Assembly: GCF_006345805.1 (NCBI RefSeq)
Contig: NC_042999.1
Span: forward strand, 50,964,001 to 51,028,000
Direction of reading: 5' to 3'
Source of the DNA: Octopus sinensis
Lineage: Eukaryota
Length of the DNA: 64,000 nt
Shown here: positions 50,000-62,888 of the stretch, one piece after another
How positions within the stretch are numbered: position 1 is the stretch's first letter
How the letters are laid out: every line of letters starts with the position of its first letter
Notes under the pieces: model-generated
Database searches by the model: none
What the model was told of the DNA's origin: nothing
What the model saw: only the letters and a program-made list of their open reading frames with translations
Position numbers and translations under genes: made by a program

Positions 50000-52100
50000 G
50001 CATGAAGGTCACAATTTGCATTTCATAGAAGCATGTATTGAGCATGAATAGGTGACAATGTCCTGAAAGCACTGCCATGTGGTTTCAATGTCAGTGGAAC
50101 TGAGAGTGAAGGACCAGTCGATAAAAGACAGATCCTTTCTAATTGCTCCCCAGTCAGCTTTGTGAATGTTTATGTTGTGAAATAAGTGCAGTGGAGTGGG
50201 AGTCACTGGTTTGGTTTTGGTATGCCAGAAATTAAAGTTACAGAATATCATGTTGTGGTCTAAGAGGAGAATCTCTTCAATTGAAATGCTGTGAATGGAG
50301 CTCAAGTGGTTTGTTAATATCAGATTCAGGATCGTTATATTGTTTTGTTGGTTCGAGCACTAGCTGTGTCAGGAAAAATTCATGTATTAGATTAAAGAGT
50401 AATTCTGCTGCTGCTTTATCTGGTGTAGTGCAGTTGCCTAACTTCAGAGTATTTGTGGGCCACTTTAATAAGGGAGGTTTAAATCACCCATGACCAGTAT
50501 GTTTCCAGAGTAGTATTTTTGAAGGAAGGACTTGATTTTGTTGAGGCATTCTTCAAAGCACTTTGGAGGTGCTTGGGGAGGCCTATAGAGACCAACAATG
50601 GTTATGTCATTGACCTTGTTGAATAATAATATGGATTCACAGTAGCCACTGGAAAATAGTTCCTTGGCATCAATTGCAAAAGAATCATGGAGAAAAATGA
50701 TCGTTCCTCCTTTATTTCAGTCTGAATGATCTGCATGGATGATGGTAAAATTTTTTTTACTTTCACCTCAGCATCCATGTGAGTGTTGTTTAGGTGAGTT
50801 TCTGTAAGGATAAAGAAAGGGATGCAATGTGCTGGTTTGGCAAGCCAACTCTCTATGTGTGAGATGCCACGAACATTTAGCAAGAATGTCAAAGCAAGGA
50901 TGGTTTGTTGTTTGTATTGTTCTATGTGCTTAGTCTTATGTGATATGTTGTTCAGAGGTAGCACTGAGGATAGTTTTTATAGGGAGCTGTGTGAGTTGGG
51001 TGATGTTCTAGATGGCTGCTGGTAGTTCATTGGATTTCCTGGCTTAGGTCAGCCTTCATATTTTCTAGATAAGTTAGTAAAAATGAGTTTCCTCTTTCGT
51101 TAGCCACTTGGTCAGATGATACATTATCCATGTTTATGTTATTTGGTGCTATGGTTTTCCCATAGTTCTATCTTTGTTGTTTGATTTCGGGAGGTGAAAT
51201 GTATTGTATTTTGTTTTTGTTGTTGCATTCCTCTGTTGCTGTTTATTTTCATTTTTATTTCATTTTGTACCTTTTAGATGGTAGTAGTTGCATTCCAGGT
51301 TCAGGCACATCCTTAGAGACACAGAAGTCACAGTTTAGGATGGAAGAAGGTACACCTGTTGCCTTTTGTACATCCATATTTAGGATCAGGGCCATGGACT
51401 CTGTATCTGGGATAGTATTTGGGGTGAAGATGAGGGCAGTTTTTTTCCCAGTTAAGCCATATGGACAAGTGCCTTTAACAAGTCTACAGCATAAGGTAGG
51501 ATGGAAGAAAGGGCAGTGTTCCTTGTTGTTTGTGTTCCTGGGGCCAAATCTGCAATTACCTTTGGAATGGTAATGACAGGATTTTTGAAGTGGTTACAGA
51601 AGAGCTTTTTCTATATTGTCATGTGAGGTCAAGGGAAATTCATTGGTCAGTGTTCCTAATGGAATAGCAGTAGCAGACTGTTATTGTTGAGGCGGTAGTG
51701 AATCCTGGCTTACGACAGTAGGGTTGGGTGGAATTAGGTCAGATAGCAATACCAAAGGAGATGTTGTTTCTTGCTGGCTAACAGGTTGTTGAGGTGACCC
51801 CTGATTTGTTACCATGGGTTCAATTGGTGCTCTACATCCATTGACCAATATAACTTCTAGTATTTCCAAGTGCATGTGTACAATATGAAATTATCTTGTG
51901 ATTTCTTTTATTTTGTTCTTGATCTGCTTTTCAGATCTGTTAAAAGACTGTGAAGCTAATTTTTCAGCAATTTTATCATAAACATTAGTTGTTTCATCAG
52001 CATTGTGGTAAGTGAACCAGGCATTTAAAAGTGCACTAATTTCATTTTCTACCCAGTGGCGTTTTAAAATATTATTGGCTATATACAGCAGATAGAGTAG
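50000..52100 (-). mobile_element. 5' part of a CR1-group LINE: decayed ORF1 (Myb/SANT-like plus CCCH fingers) and ORF2 endonuclease
   Basis: EN motifs LNVRG, TETHL, DRNKGG, YRPP, MGDLN, LDHNMI and KADW at about 50900-50050. ORF1 Cys/His cluster at 51580-51270. Trihelix-like segment at 52062-51894. Confidence 0.85.
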
Positions 52101-52384
52101 TATTATACACTGTATGTTAGTTATTGCTGATTTGATGTATAATCATGTATGTGCTGTATATGAATGTATGTGTGTGTGAATATATATATCTGTGTGTGTG
52201 TTAATATATAGATAGATAGATAGATAGATAGATAGAAAGATAGATAGATAGATAGATGGATGGATGAATGGATAGATGGATTGATGGATAGATAGATAGA
52301 TAAAACTTACTTGAAAATGGATGCATGGCGTTCAATCATATAATAATATAAATAATAATTTATATGCATACATATAAACACATA

Positions 52385-53515
52385 TGTACCTATATATATA
52401 CATGTATATACACATGCATAGATGGGCACAGGACACCACAGAACGTAAACAACATGACATACAAAAACATGGAATACAAACATTTTTTTTGCAAACACCG
52501 AAAGAAACAAAAGGAAAACAAGACAAGTAACATAAAAAAACGACTCTTCATCGGTTTTCAGCCGTTTTTCTATTTCATATTTCAAGCAATTCAGGACAAG
52601 ATATGTTTTCAACAAAACAGTTGCTCCCACAAAGCAAATTAAATAAAATTGGGATTTTGCGGAGGGTCAAAGTTGATAACAAAAACAGGTCAGTGAAAAC
52701 AAATAGGAAGGGCTGCTAAGCCTGAAGAAGTTGAGTTGGTGAACATGGAGGAACAAGCTCTGACAGGTGACAGATAAGAATGTGTCTTATCCCTGCGGCT
52801 GATCAGAAAGAAAGAAAGAAATTCAAATAGGAAAAGAAAGATGGCCGATGGTCATGTGTGAACAACAAGATGCAACACTTATCCTATCTGTTTCTCTTTT
52901 CCTCCCCTCTTTCGTTTCCTCTCTCTTCCTCTCTCTAATTCTTTTTTATCTCCCATTCTTCTCCTCTCATTTTTTCTTCTCTCATCCATTCTCTAATTTT
53001 TTTCCTCTCCCCTTCACTGTTCTCTGTCTGTCCCACTCTCTCACTCACACTTTTTGCTCTCTCGTTGTTCGCACATGACCATCAACCATCTTTTCCTATT
53101 TAAATTTCTTTCTTTTTTCCTGATCAGCCGCAGGGATAAGACACATTCTTATCTGTCTCCTGTCAGAGCTTGCTCACCAACTCAACTTGTTCAGGCTTAG
53201 CAGCCCTTCCTGTTTGTTTCCACTGTCATGCTTTTGTTATCAACTTTGACCCTCCGCAATATCCCAAATTTTATTTAATTTGCTTTGCAGGAGTAACTGT
53301 TTTGTCAGAAACGTATCTTGTGAATTGCTCGAAATACAAAGTAGAAAAACAGCCGACAACTGATGAAGAGTAATTTTTTTTTCATTTTGCCTGTCTTTTC
53401 ATTGTTCGCAAAAAAAAAGTTTGTATTCCATCTTTTCGTATCTCATGTTGTTTACGTTCTGTGGTGTCCTGTTCCCATATATGCATGTGTATATACATAT
53501 ATATGTATGTACATA
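52385..53515. repeat. Large inverted repeat, arms about 450-480 bp, CT-rich spacer about 200 bp
   Basis: 52385-52866 is the reverse complement of 53064-53515 with moderate divergence and small indels. Confidence 0.9.
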
Positions 53516-53618
53516 TGTGTGTATGTATGCATATATATTTATATTATATATATATATATATATCTGTGTGTGTGTGAATATATATAGTCATATATATATA
53601 TATGTATGTGAACATATG

Positions 53619-53657
<39 letters not shown>

Positions 53658-54584
53658 ATATATGTGTGTATTATATATACAACAGGCTCCTTTCAGTTTC
53701 AATCTACCAAATCCACTCACAAGGCTTTGGTAAGTCCAAGGCTAGTGTAGAAGACACTTGCCCAAAGTGCCACACAGATAGCAACAAGCCAATTTCTGTG
53801 TGGTGTCTTTCCTACTAGAAATAGAAGCCAAATCTTCATCAAACCACACCCTACTGTTTTAAATAAATAAAGAACACATTAGATAATATCGACCTAGATA
53901 TCTTTTAAATTATTGAACAACAGCAGTAGAAATTTCTTTGAACATCTGTCTGGTTGATCATTGTTGACCCGGGGTTAAACAGAAACAATGGCAATAAAGC
54001 TGTCTGTTTGCAGTATATGGTGGTTTTAATCCCGTCTACTAGATTGGAGTAAACAGCGAGAAAATTAATCAATTAAATTAATAAAACAAGGGGTTAAAAC
54101 ACAGTAAGAAATAAGCAGTCCTTTTAGTACATATGTATAATTATTGTCACATGAATTACCATTATTAGAACAAGACACAGAGAAATAATGGAATGTCTGT
54201 AGAATTGAAGTAATCAACAAGTATCATTGTGTTGTCAGCATAGCTCTACATCACAATGCTTGTAATCAGCACTTCTGCATTGTAACCTGATGTAGAGGAA
54301 ATACAGCTATCAGCTAAACACTGATTTAGACCTTCTGGTTCCAAATGATCTGAAACCAATCCTGGTTATATGATACGATTTCAGTTTTAAAATTGTGTTA
54401 AATAAAACCTTCCATCGAAATTTCATGTTAAATTTATGTTCCAAACACCAACTTAACCCTTTAGCATTCAAATTATTCTGTCAAGTGTAATGTTTATTTA
54501 TTTGCATTAATCAGACATTATCTTGTATCCTTTTATTTTTTTATTTTTATTTTTTTATTCTTTTACTTGTTTTAGTGGTTAGGG

Positions 54585-54805
54585 TGTCAGCATCATGATC
54601 GTAAGATTGTGGTTTTGATTCCTGGACCGGGGGACGCATTGTGTTCTTGAATAAAACACTTCATTTCACGTTGCTCCAGTCCACTCAGCTGGCAAAAATG
54701 CTTAACGCTGAGATGGACTGGCATCCCACCCAGCTGGGGAACACATACACCATTGAAACTGGGAAACCAGGCCCATGAGCCTGGCTAGGCTTTAAAAGGG
54801 TGCAT
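54585..54805 (+). mobile_element. tRNA-derived SINE nested in a family B 3' end
   Basis: Head GTGGTTAGGGTG..TTCGATTCC-like; Meta-like GATGGACTGGCATCCCA..AAACTGGGAAACC. Confidence 0.7.
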
Positions 54806-54977
54806 TTATTTTTATTTATTTATACTTTTTTCAGTTATTTGACTGTGACCATGCTAGAGCTAAGCTACAGGGATATAAACACACCAACACCAGTTGTCAC
54901 AGACAGAAAGACATACACACTATATATATGTGTGTGTGTGCGTGTGGTGTGTGTGTGTGTGTGTGTGTGTGTGTAAG

Positions 54978-55250
54978 TGCTAATTTTTCAACCAGATTAA
55001 ACAAATGTTTGATGCCATATAATTACTCCTCATCAAGTCCGGAAGAAATTTTCACGAAGTTGAATGGAGGGGAGATGTTGTGGTGATAGACATTAACACC
55101 CCTGTGTGATTAAAAGATGGACTGATTGGACTCTTATAATGAGTAACATTATTGTTGAGATGACAGGTGTTTGGAGTCTCATGTAGCAGTAGTCAAAGTA
55201 CATACTATGAATACATTGTTTTACCTCAGCTCCATTAAATCATATATCCT
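54978..55250 (+). mobile_element. Gypsy fragment: RT start fused directly to PPT/LTR
   Basis: NY..PEEIFTKLNGG runs into GGGGAGA-TGTTGTGGTGATAGACATTAACACC. The same junction occurs at about 61610. Confidence 0.75.
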
Positions 55251-55254
55251 TTTG

Positions 55255-55285
<31 letters not shown>

Positions 55286-56185
55286 TTATCATCATCATCG
55301 TTTAACGTCCATTCTCCATGCTAGCATGGGTTGGACGGTTCGACCGGGGTTCTGGGAAGCCAGAAGGCTGCACCAGGCTCCAGTCTAATCTGGCAATGTT
55401 TCTACAGCTGGATGCGCTTCCTAATGCCAACCACTCCGTGAGTGTAGTGGGTGCTTTTTACGTGCCACCTGCACAGGTGCCAGGTGAGGCTGGCAACAGC
55501 CACGGTCGGATTGGTGTATTTTATGTGCCGCCGGCACGGAAGCCAGTCGAGGCGGTGCTGGCATCGGCCACGAGTCGGATAGTGCTTTTTACGTACCACC
55601 AGACCAGGGATCCTGGCTGGTTCAATTCGATTTCGATTTCGCTTGCCCCAACATGTCTTCACAAGCAAAGGGGATTGGCATGGGTGCCTGTCGTACGGTC
55701 GGATTGGAGTATTTTACGTACCACCGGCACGGAAGCCAGTCGAAGCGGCGCTGGCATCGGCCACGAGTCGGATAGTGCTTTTTACGTACCACCAGACCAG
55801 GGATCCTGGCTGGTTCAATTCGGTTTCGATTTCGCTTGCCCCAACATGTCTTCGCAAGCAGAGGGGGTTGGCATATTTATATATTTATATATATATATAT
55901 ATATGCTCTTTACAAGATCAGCGACTGTGTGTCGCTTTAAAAGTATATACTGTGAGCAAGAGCAAGTGATTGCTATCTCTAGCCAGCAGTTGCCCTATAC
56001 CAAGGAAGGGAAATTACCCAGAAACCATTGGTCCACAGGTATTGTTACAGTTAAGAAGGGGGCAGTAGACTCCCTTGCTCCCTGTATACATAGATCATGT
56101 GTTGGTAGCTAGTTGGAGAAGATATTTTCCTGGGGCTAAAAAGTAGGACTGCCACATGGCATTAGCAGATAGACTTTACTATGTG

Positions 56186-56219
<34 letters not shown>

Positions 56220-57001
56220 ATATATACATACAACAGGCTTCTTTCAGTTTCCATCTTCCAAATCCACTCACAAGGCTTTGGTCAGCCTGAGTAAAAGACA
56301 CTTGCCCAAGGTGCCATGCAGTGGAACTGAACCCGGAACCATATGGTTGGGAAGCAAGCTTCTTACCACACAGCCATACCTATGCCTTTGCATCTTTGAG
56401 ATTTCGATGACGTGATTGTTTATTTTTAGACTGACATTGTAGGATAGGTGTGAGAAGGTGTTTCTGACCAATCTGAATGTAAAACAGGTAGAATATTTTG
56501 GCCAGGTATAGCTGGCTTAAATGCTAATGGGTTAATCATGACAGTTATTTTACTAAATTCTGCATTATTTTCAAAACTTATTGAGACAAAAGCAGTCTAT
56601 TTCAGTAGAAATATGATAAGGAAACGGTAAACCAATTCACGCAGGAACAAACTAATACAAAGTGCAACATGAAAAAGTGACTTTGAACAAGTTTTCCAAA
56701 ACTTATCTCATTACTGGAGCCTTATACGATTCTCAGAAAAATCACAAGACCAGTATTTTTTGGACAAATGCCATTCACTGAAATAAAAAGTATGTTTTAG
56801 AGAGAGAATTTATTCATGCCTGTGTGGGTTAAGAAGTTTCATTCAAAACCACCTGGACTCAAGCTCAGTCCTATTGTGCAGTACCTTATGCAGATGCTTT
56901 CAACAATAGCTCGAGGTTAGCTAATGCCTTACAAACGAATTTAGTAGAAGCATATTATATAAAATGCATTATTTATATATGTATGTATGTATCTATCTAT
57001 C

Positions 57002-57039
<38 letters not shown>

Positions 57040-57249
57040 TACACTTTCATTTGCCATATATATCATCATCATCATCATCGTTTAACGTCCGTTTTCCGTG
57101 CTAGCATGGGTTGGACAGTTCGACTGGGGTCTAGGAAGCCAGGAGGCTGCACCAGGCTCCTGTCTGTTCTGGCAGTGTTTCTACAGCTGGATGCCCTTCC
57201 TAACGCCAGCTACTCCGTGAGTGTAGTGGGTGCTTTTTACATGCCACAT

Positions 57250-60200
57250 GTATATAACTGGAATAGTTGCAAAGACAGCAGTAACAACAACTCAAGCAAC
57301 AACAAGAACAACAACAAGGATAGCAGCAGCAAATGTTGCACTTAATGAGGTTGATAACCAATCTGGAGAATACATTTTCACCCGACCATGTAGCAAATTT
57401 CATAAGGGAATTCAACTATGACCCCAACGGAGGGCTTCCAGGTTTACTTTGGAAGATTTCAACAAATTTTGGAAAAAGAATGTCAGGATTGGACAGATGA
57501 AATGTAAATGCATCTATTTGTAAGAAAACTGGCAACAGCAGAGCATGTGAAGTATAGTAACTTCATATTGCCAAAAACAGTGTCTGACATAAATTTCACT
57601 GACACAGTTGACAATGTTTAGTGGAAAGAGGTCACTGCTTAATACTTGATGGAAATATTTAAACATAGAAAGGAGTAAAGATGAAAACTTCACTACCTAC
57701 ACAGGTAGAATCAACAAAGAATGCGAGAGATTTAGGCTAGATATGCTTACTCCAGATTCTTTCAAGTGTTTGATTTTTGTACAAGGATTGACAGATAAAA
57801 GGGATGCAGAAATCCGAATGGATATTCCATGAAAACTAGAAATGAACCAGGATTTGACATTGCAGAAACTATCAGAAGAGTGTGACAAGATGTTAAAATT
57901 AAGGCATGACATGGAAGAAATTCAACAGAAAGAGTGTTTCCACATAAGACTAGTACAAACAAGTGTTGCAGGAAAAACAGAGAATGTATCAGGATGTAGA
58001 CCTATGTATGGCATGTGGTGGAATGCACCTGAAAAAAGATTGTCCATATAAAAAAGCAAAGTGTTTTCGCTGCAGGTTTACTGGACATACAAAATCGCAC
58101 TGCAAAACTAGAATGATAGGAAAATGGAACAAACAAGAAAAAATAAATAGTTTGTCAGCAAGAAAGTTGTGACTACAACAAACAGAAAATTCATGAATGT
58201 GAGAATTGAAAACGCTAGTGCCAGATTGCTATTAGACATGGGAAGTGATATCACAATCATGAATAAGAAAACATGGGAACAAATGGGTAAACCAAAATTA
58301 TGTAGTTCAAACAAAATAGTGTACGGTGTTACAGGAAGAAAATTATATTTCACAGGTGAACTCATTTATAATATAATGTTCAAAGGTTGAATCAAAAAGT
58401 GAATGTTTATGTGTTGAAAAAATCCATGAATTTATTTGGCATTGAATGTTTGGAGAAATTTAATTTATGGGATACACTCATAAGCGTTTTGTGCAATAGC
58501 ATAAACAGAGCAGTCAAACAATCAAATGAGGTCAATGATCTGAAACAAAAAAAATGTGATGTGGAACATTGTGTGTGAACAACCAGTAACTTTGGAAAAA
58601 ATATAAGGAAATGCAAGAAATGACAAATTTATTAATGAGACAAAAAATCTGTGGTTGACAAAAGGAAATAAAGAAAGATCTGATGCAAAGAACCACCAAG
58701 ATGTGAACATGTACTCTATGTGTGATGGTACACTAATGTATGCTCAGAGGGTGGTCATGTCACAGATATTACAGAAGAGAATACTAAAAGCATTTCATGT
58801 GGGACACCTAGGCATCTCTAGAATGAAAGCACTGATATGAGGTTTTGTAAACTGGCCAAGCATGGAAAAGGAAGTCGAAAACCTGGTGAAAGGCTGCAGA
58901 GGATGTGTGCTGGCAGTGAAACTACCTACTGCAAAATGTGAACCTCAGCCAGAAGTGATTGCATATCGATTTTGCAGGCCTGGTAAATGGATATTATTAC
59001 TTAACAGTAGTGGACAGCTACACAAAATGGCCTGAGGTCGTGAGGTGTAAATGACCAACCTCATATACGATAATAAACTTCTTACATGAGCTGTTTGCAA
59101 GATTTGGTGAACCAGATATAATTGTCTCTGATAATGGAACACAGTTTGTATCCTGAAAATTTAAAAGATTCTACAAGATGTTCATGTTCATGTATTGCAC
59201 TGTATCACCCTAGATTGAATGGATGGGCTGAATGGTTCGTGGACACTTTTCAGAGAGCTTTAAAGAAAGCTAGTAAGAAAGTCACAGATGAGGTCATAAT
59301 CCAACAATTTTTCAGGGTTTACAGGGTAACTCCGAACCCAAATGTGCCAGAAGAAAGTTCACCAGCAGAATTAATGTTTGCCAGAAAGGTGAAGTCAGTA
59401 TTCGATAAATTGTTACCGGTGAAGAAAAAATACGTGCTAGTAAGGACATGCCAAAATTCTTTAGAATCGGTGATAAGGTATATGTAAGAATGTGCAAAAA
59501 TGGCAAGCACTACTGGGAAGAAGGAGAAATTGTAACATACATAGGAAGAATAATGTATGGTGTAAAAAGCAGAAATAGAATGGAAAGGAGACATAGAAAT
59601 CAGCTTAAGGAAAGAGTCATAGAAAAGGGACCAAGAAGCGTAGAAATACCGATAGACTGGCTGAGCTGGCAGAAACGTTAGTGCGCCGGGCGAAATGCTT
59701 AGCAGTATTTCGTCTGTCATTATGTTCTGAGTTCAAATTCCACCGAGGTTGACTTTGCCTTTCATCCTTTCGGGGTCAATAAATAAAGTAAGAGTTTCGC
59801 ACTGGGGTCAATGTAATCGACTTAATCCCTTTGTCTGTCCTTGTTTCTCTCCTCTATGTTTAGCCCCTTGTGGGCAATAAAGAAATATATATGACACTTT
59901 TCAGGTTCCAACACTGTTACAAGAAGTCAAAACTACATGTACAAGGAAAAGGAAGAACACTGAATTCCTAAAAGTAGACCCTATGAAGAAAAGATATTGA
60001 GTATATATAAAAAGAAAATAACAAAAATCGAGGAGGTAGGGTGAATAAAAGAAATCGATTGTTAAATAGAAAAATTAAAAGGGGAGATGTTGTACATTGA
60101 AACAGTACACTCCTCCCAGTAAAAAGTGGTGGTAGCCAGCTGTTATAAATAGACCAGTGGCCAGTCAACAGGGGAAAATCAGATGGTTGAGCGTACATAT

Positions 60201-60252
60201 AGACTGTGTTGATATAGCAATTATACTGTGATACTAAGTGAACGTTATAACA
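57250..60252 (+). mobile_element. Ty3/Gypsy LTR retrotransposon remnant (gag, protease, integrase, PPT, 3' LTR; most of RT deleted)
   Basis: gag CCHC (C..C..TGH.K..C), LDMGSDIT, HVGHLGISRMK, VDSYTKWPE, IVSDNGTQF, NG.AE.FV.TF. PPT at about 60068-60087. LTR TGTTG...AACA at 60088-60252. Confidence 0.9.
59662..59886 (+). mobile_element. SINE family A nested in the Gypsy integrase tail
   Basis: Match to 81-311; the Gypsy reading EIPID..YDTFQVP is split by it. Confidence 0.88.
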
Positions 60253-60391
60253 ATCCAACCTTTTGAGGATAGCACCACTGTATGACTGGGGGAGCGTGCA
60301 GTACCAGATAGAACCATCCTACTGACAACTTCAGAATATAACAATATCTGTTAGAATGACAACCGTCATCAAAACTAACCTCACCTGAAAG

Positions 60392-61800
60392 CAGGTGAGA
60401 TTAGTTTTGATGAAACAATTAACTTTATATTGAAAATTTTCAGTAAAAGAAGTTCCCTGTTCAATATTCACTGGCAGTGTTTAAATTTGGTTATAAAAAG
60501 ATAGAATTTTCATCACCTATGCTGCAGTTATTAACAGAGAGTGTGAAAAATTTAAATTAAATTAATTAACCCCAGACATGTTCAAATGTCTAATTTTTGT
60601 TCAAGTGCTTACTACAAGCGAAGATCCTGGTATACATTTTTGGATATTAACAAAATTAGAATAGGACCAAAATTAATTCTCCAATCAGTAGTAGAAGATT
60701 GCCAGAGGATTATAAATTTAAGACATGATGCAGATAAACTTGAAGGAAAAGATTGTTCACATATTCATGCATGTCAACCTATAATGGACAAGAAAAAAAG
60801 ACAAATGTCAAGACCCAATTCATGCCATGGGGTTAGAGGCTTACATTTTAAATGTAACTGTCCTTTTAAAAATCTAAAATGTTTTGAGTGTGGAAAAATT
60901 GGACATAAAAGCTCACATTGTAGTGCAAAACAAAAAAAAGGTCAAATGAAAAAAACACTCTGGCAAGAAAGTAGTGTCAGCAAAAATTCTAAGCAAGACT
61001 CAAAAAAAAAAAAATTTGTGCCCATAAAAATGAATAAAGTGAATATCAAGTTACAATTGGATACAGGCAGTGATATAATGATAATTAGCACAGGTATATG
61101 AACAAAAATCAGGAAACTGAATGCCAAAGTTTTTGTGCAGAATAATACAAAAAATTTATTTGGAACAGACAGGATGAAATTATTTAACTTATATACCTCC
61201 ACATAAATTTTTTTTTGTTAAAATGTGAATGGTTTTTCTGCCATCAAAGGAATTGGAAAGAGAATTAAAACAGTTTTTTCCTGAAGTTTTTTTCTGATGA
61301 ATTAGGTCTTTGCACCAAAATAAAGATGAAGTTTTAAGTAAAAGAAAACTCTATATACTGGTATATAAAACAAAAAGAACTGTACCTTTCATAGCATTGA
61401 AACAAGTCAACAAAGAATTGGATAGACTTGAAAAGCCTGGGGTTATTGAAAAAATTGATTATGCTAAATGGGTATCCCCAACATTTTATGTCAGGTAAAA
61501 AATATTAAAATCTGTGAAAGTGCTGACTTTCCAACAGGGTTAAATGAATATTTGATGTCATGAATTACCTGTTACCAAGTCTGGAAGAAATTTTCGTGAG
61601 GTTGAATGGAGGGGAGGTGTGGTGATAGACATTAACACCCATGTGTGATTAAAAGATAGACTCATCAAATTCTATTAAAGAGTAGCGTGATCATTAAGAT
61701 GACAGAGGGCGTCTGGAGTCTCACATAGCAGTAGTTGAAGTATGTCATGTGGATACATTGCTTTACCTTAGCTTTGTTAAATCATATATCCAAACGCAAA
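60392..61800 (+). mobile_element. Second Gypsy remnant: gag, protease, RT start, then LTR
   Basis: CFECGKIGHKSSHC, LDTGSDI, ELDRLEKPGVIEKIDYAKWVSP, EEIFVRLNGG, then an LTR at about 61618-61800 ending AACA. Confidence 0.85.
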
Positions 61801-61844
61801 CATATAAAAAGTACCATATTTTTTTCTCATTTGCTGTTTACATA

Positions 61845-62070
61845 TATATATATAATTTAGAGAAAAACCACTATTAAACGATTCAATAAAGAAAGATGCT
61901 ATTCACACCATATAGAAAACATACTATAAAAAAACCTTATTTTAAATCAATAAAGTACATGATTTAAAATAAGGTTTTTTTTTATAGTATATGTTTTCTA
62001 CATGGTGTGAATAATCTCTTTCTTTATTGAATTGTTTAATAGTGGTTTTTCTCTAAATTATATACATATA
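61845..62070. repeat. Palindrome, arms about 105 bp
   Basis: ATAATTTAGAGAAAAACCAC...TTTTAAATCA / TGATTTAAAA...GTGGTTTTTCTCTAAATTAT, with a 10-nt loop. Confidence 0.92.
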
Positions 62071-62181
62071 TTATATATTGTGAAATTTGATTTAAAATTG
62101 TTAAATTGAATTTTTCCCTGTAAATTTTGGAATTATATTCCCTACTATTATTATTATTATTACTATTATTATTATTATATT

Positions 62182-62212
<31 letters not shown>

Positions 62213-62888
62213 GTATGTATGTATGTATGTGTATATATCTGTCTGTCTGTACGTAGGTAGGTAGGTAGGAAGGTAGACAGGTATACAGAGTTAATACTGA
62301 GGGATTATCAATCCAGACAAAATAATTTATAAGCTCCCTATTAGTTCACTAAGTCAACAATATTGTTTAGATTAGTAAAGAACACTATGTATTCTTATAG
62401 CAGGGTCTACAGTTATAGTACATCTCTATTCTATATTGTAAATCCATAGTTGTGTTCCACTTATACTGGTTATTACATAGTAATATACAAGACAAGGCAA
62501 AAAATAATGGTCATTACATATTTTTCTTTATTGTAGTAAATTTGACATACAACTGTTTCCAGTAGTTATTATAGGTTTGTTATTGATTAGTTTATTCAAT
62601 CGACCCATTGACCAGTTGAAAAAAATTGCATGACCTAGAAAATTAATGCTCCTTTCATCAGTCATTTCTAGTAGTAATAACTAAGCAGAACTCTGAAAGA
62701 TTGATACAGACATGTGGAGGGGAGTGAAGAGAGGCAATACAAATAATAAATAAATAAATAAATAAAGATAGATGGATGGATGAAAACAGGAAAAACAGAA
62801 CTCAAAATCTGAGTATATGCATATTTTTATTAATATTTACAGTCATTCTGTTGCTTCTGCTAAATACTAATAAAATATATCTATAGAG

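Noticed and set aside
49830-50010. Twin-priming inversion joining the LINE C-terminal fragment to the EN fragment
   Set aside because: The geometry is wrong (3' ends converge, no tail or TSD), and there is no evidence the two pieces are the same family.
53315-53375. Possible type-II hammerhead (CTCGAAAT...CTGATGAAGAG)
   Set aside because: Stem II pairs, but there is no U16.1 opposite A15.1 and no convincing stem I.
55318-56112. Longest ORF in the track (264 aa)
   Set aside because: It is the antisense reading of a family C repeat with an internal tandem duplication, running into (AT)n.
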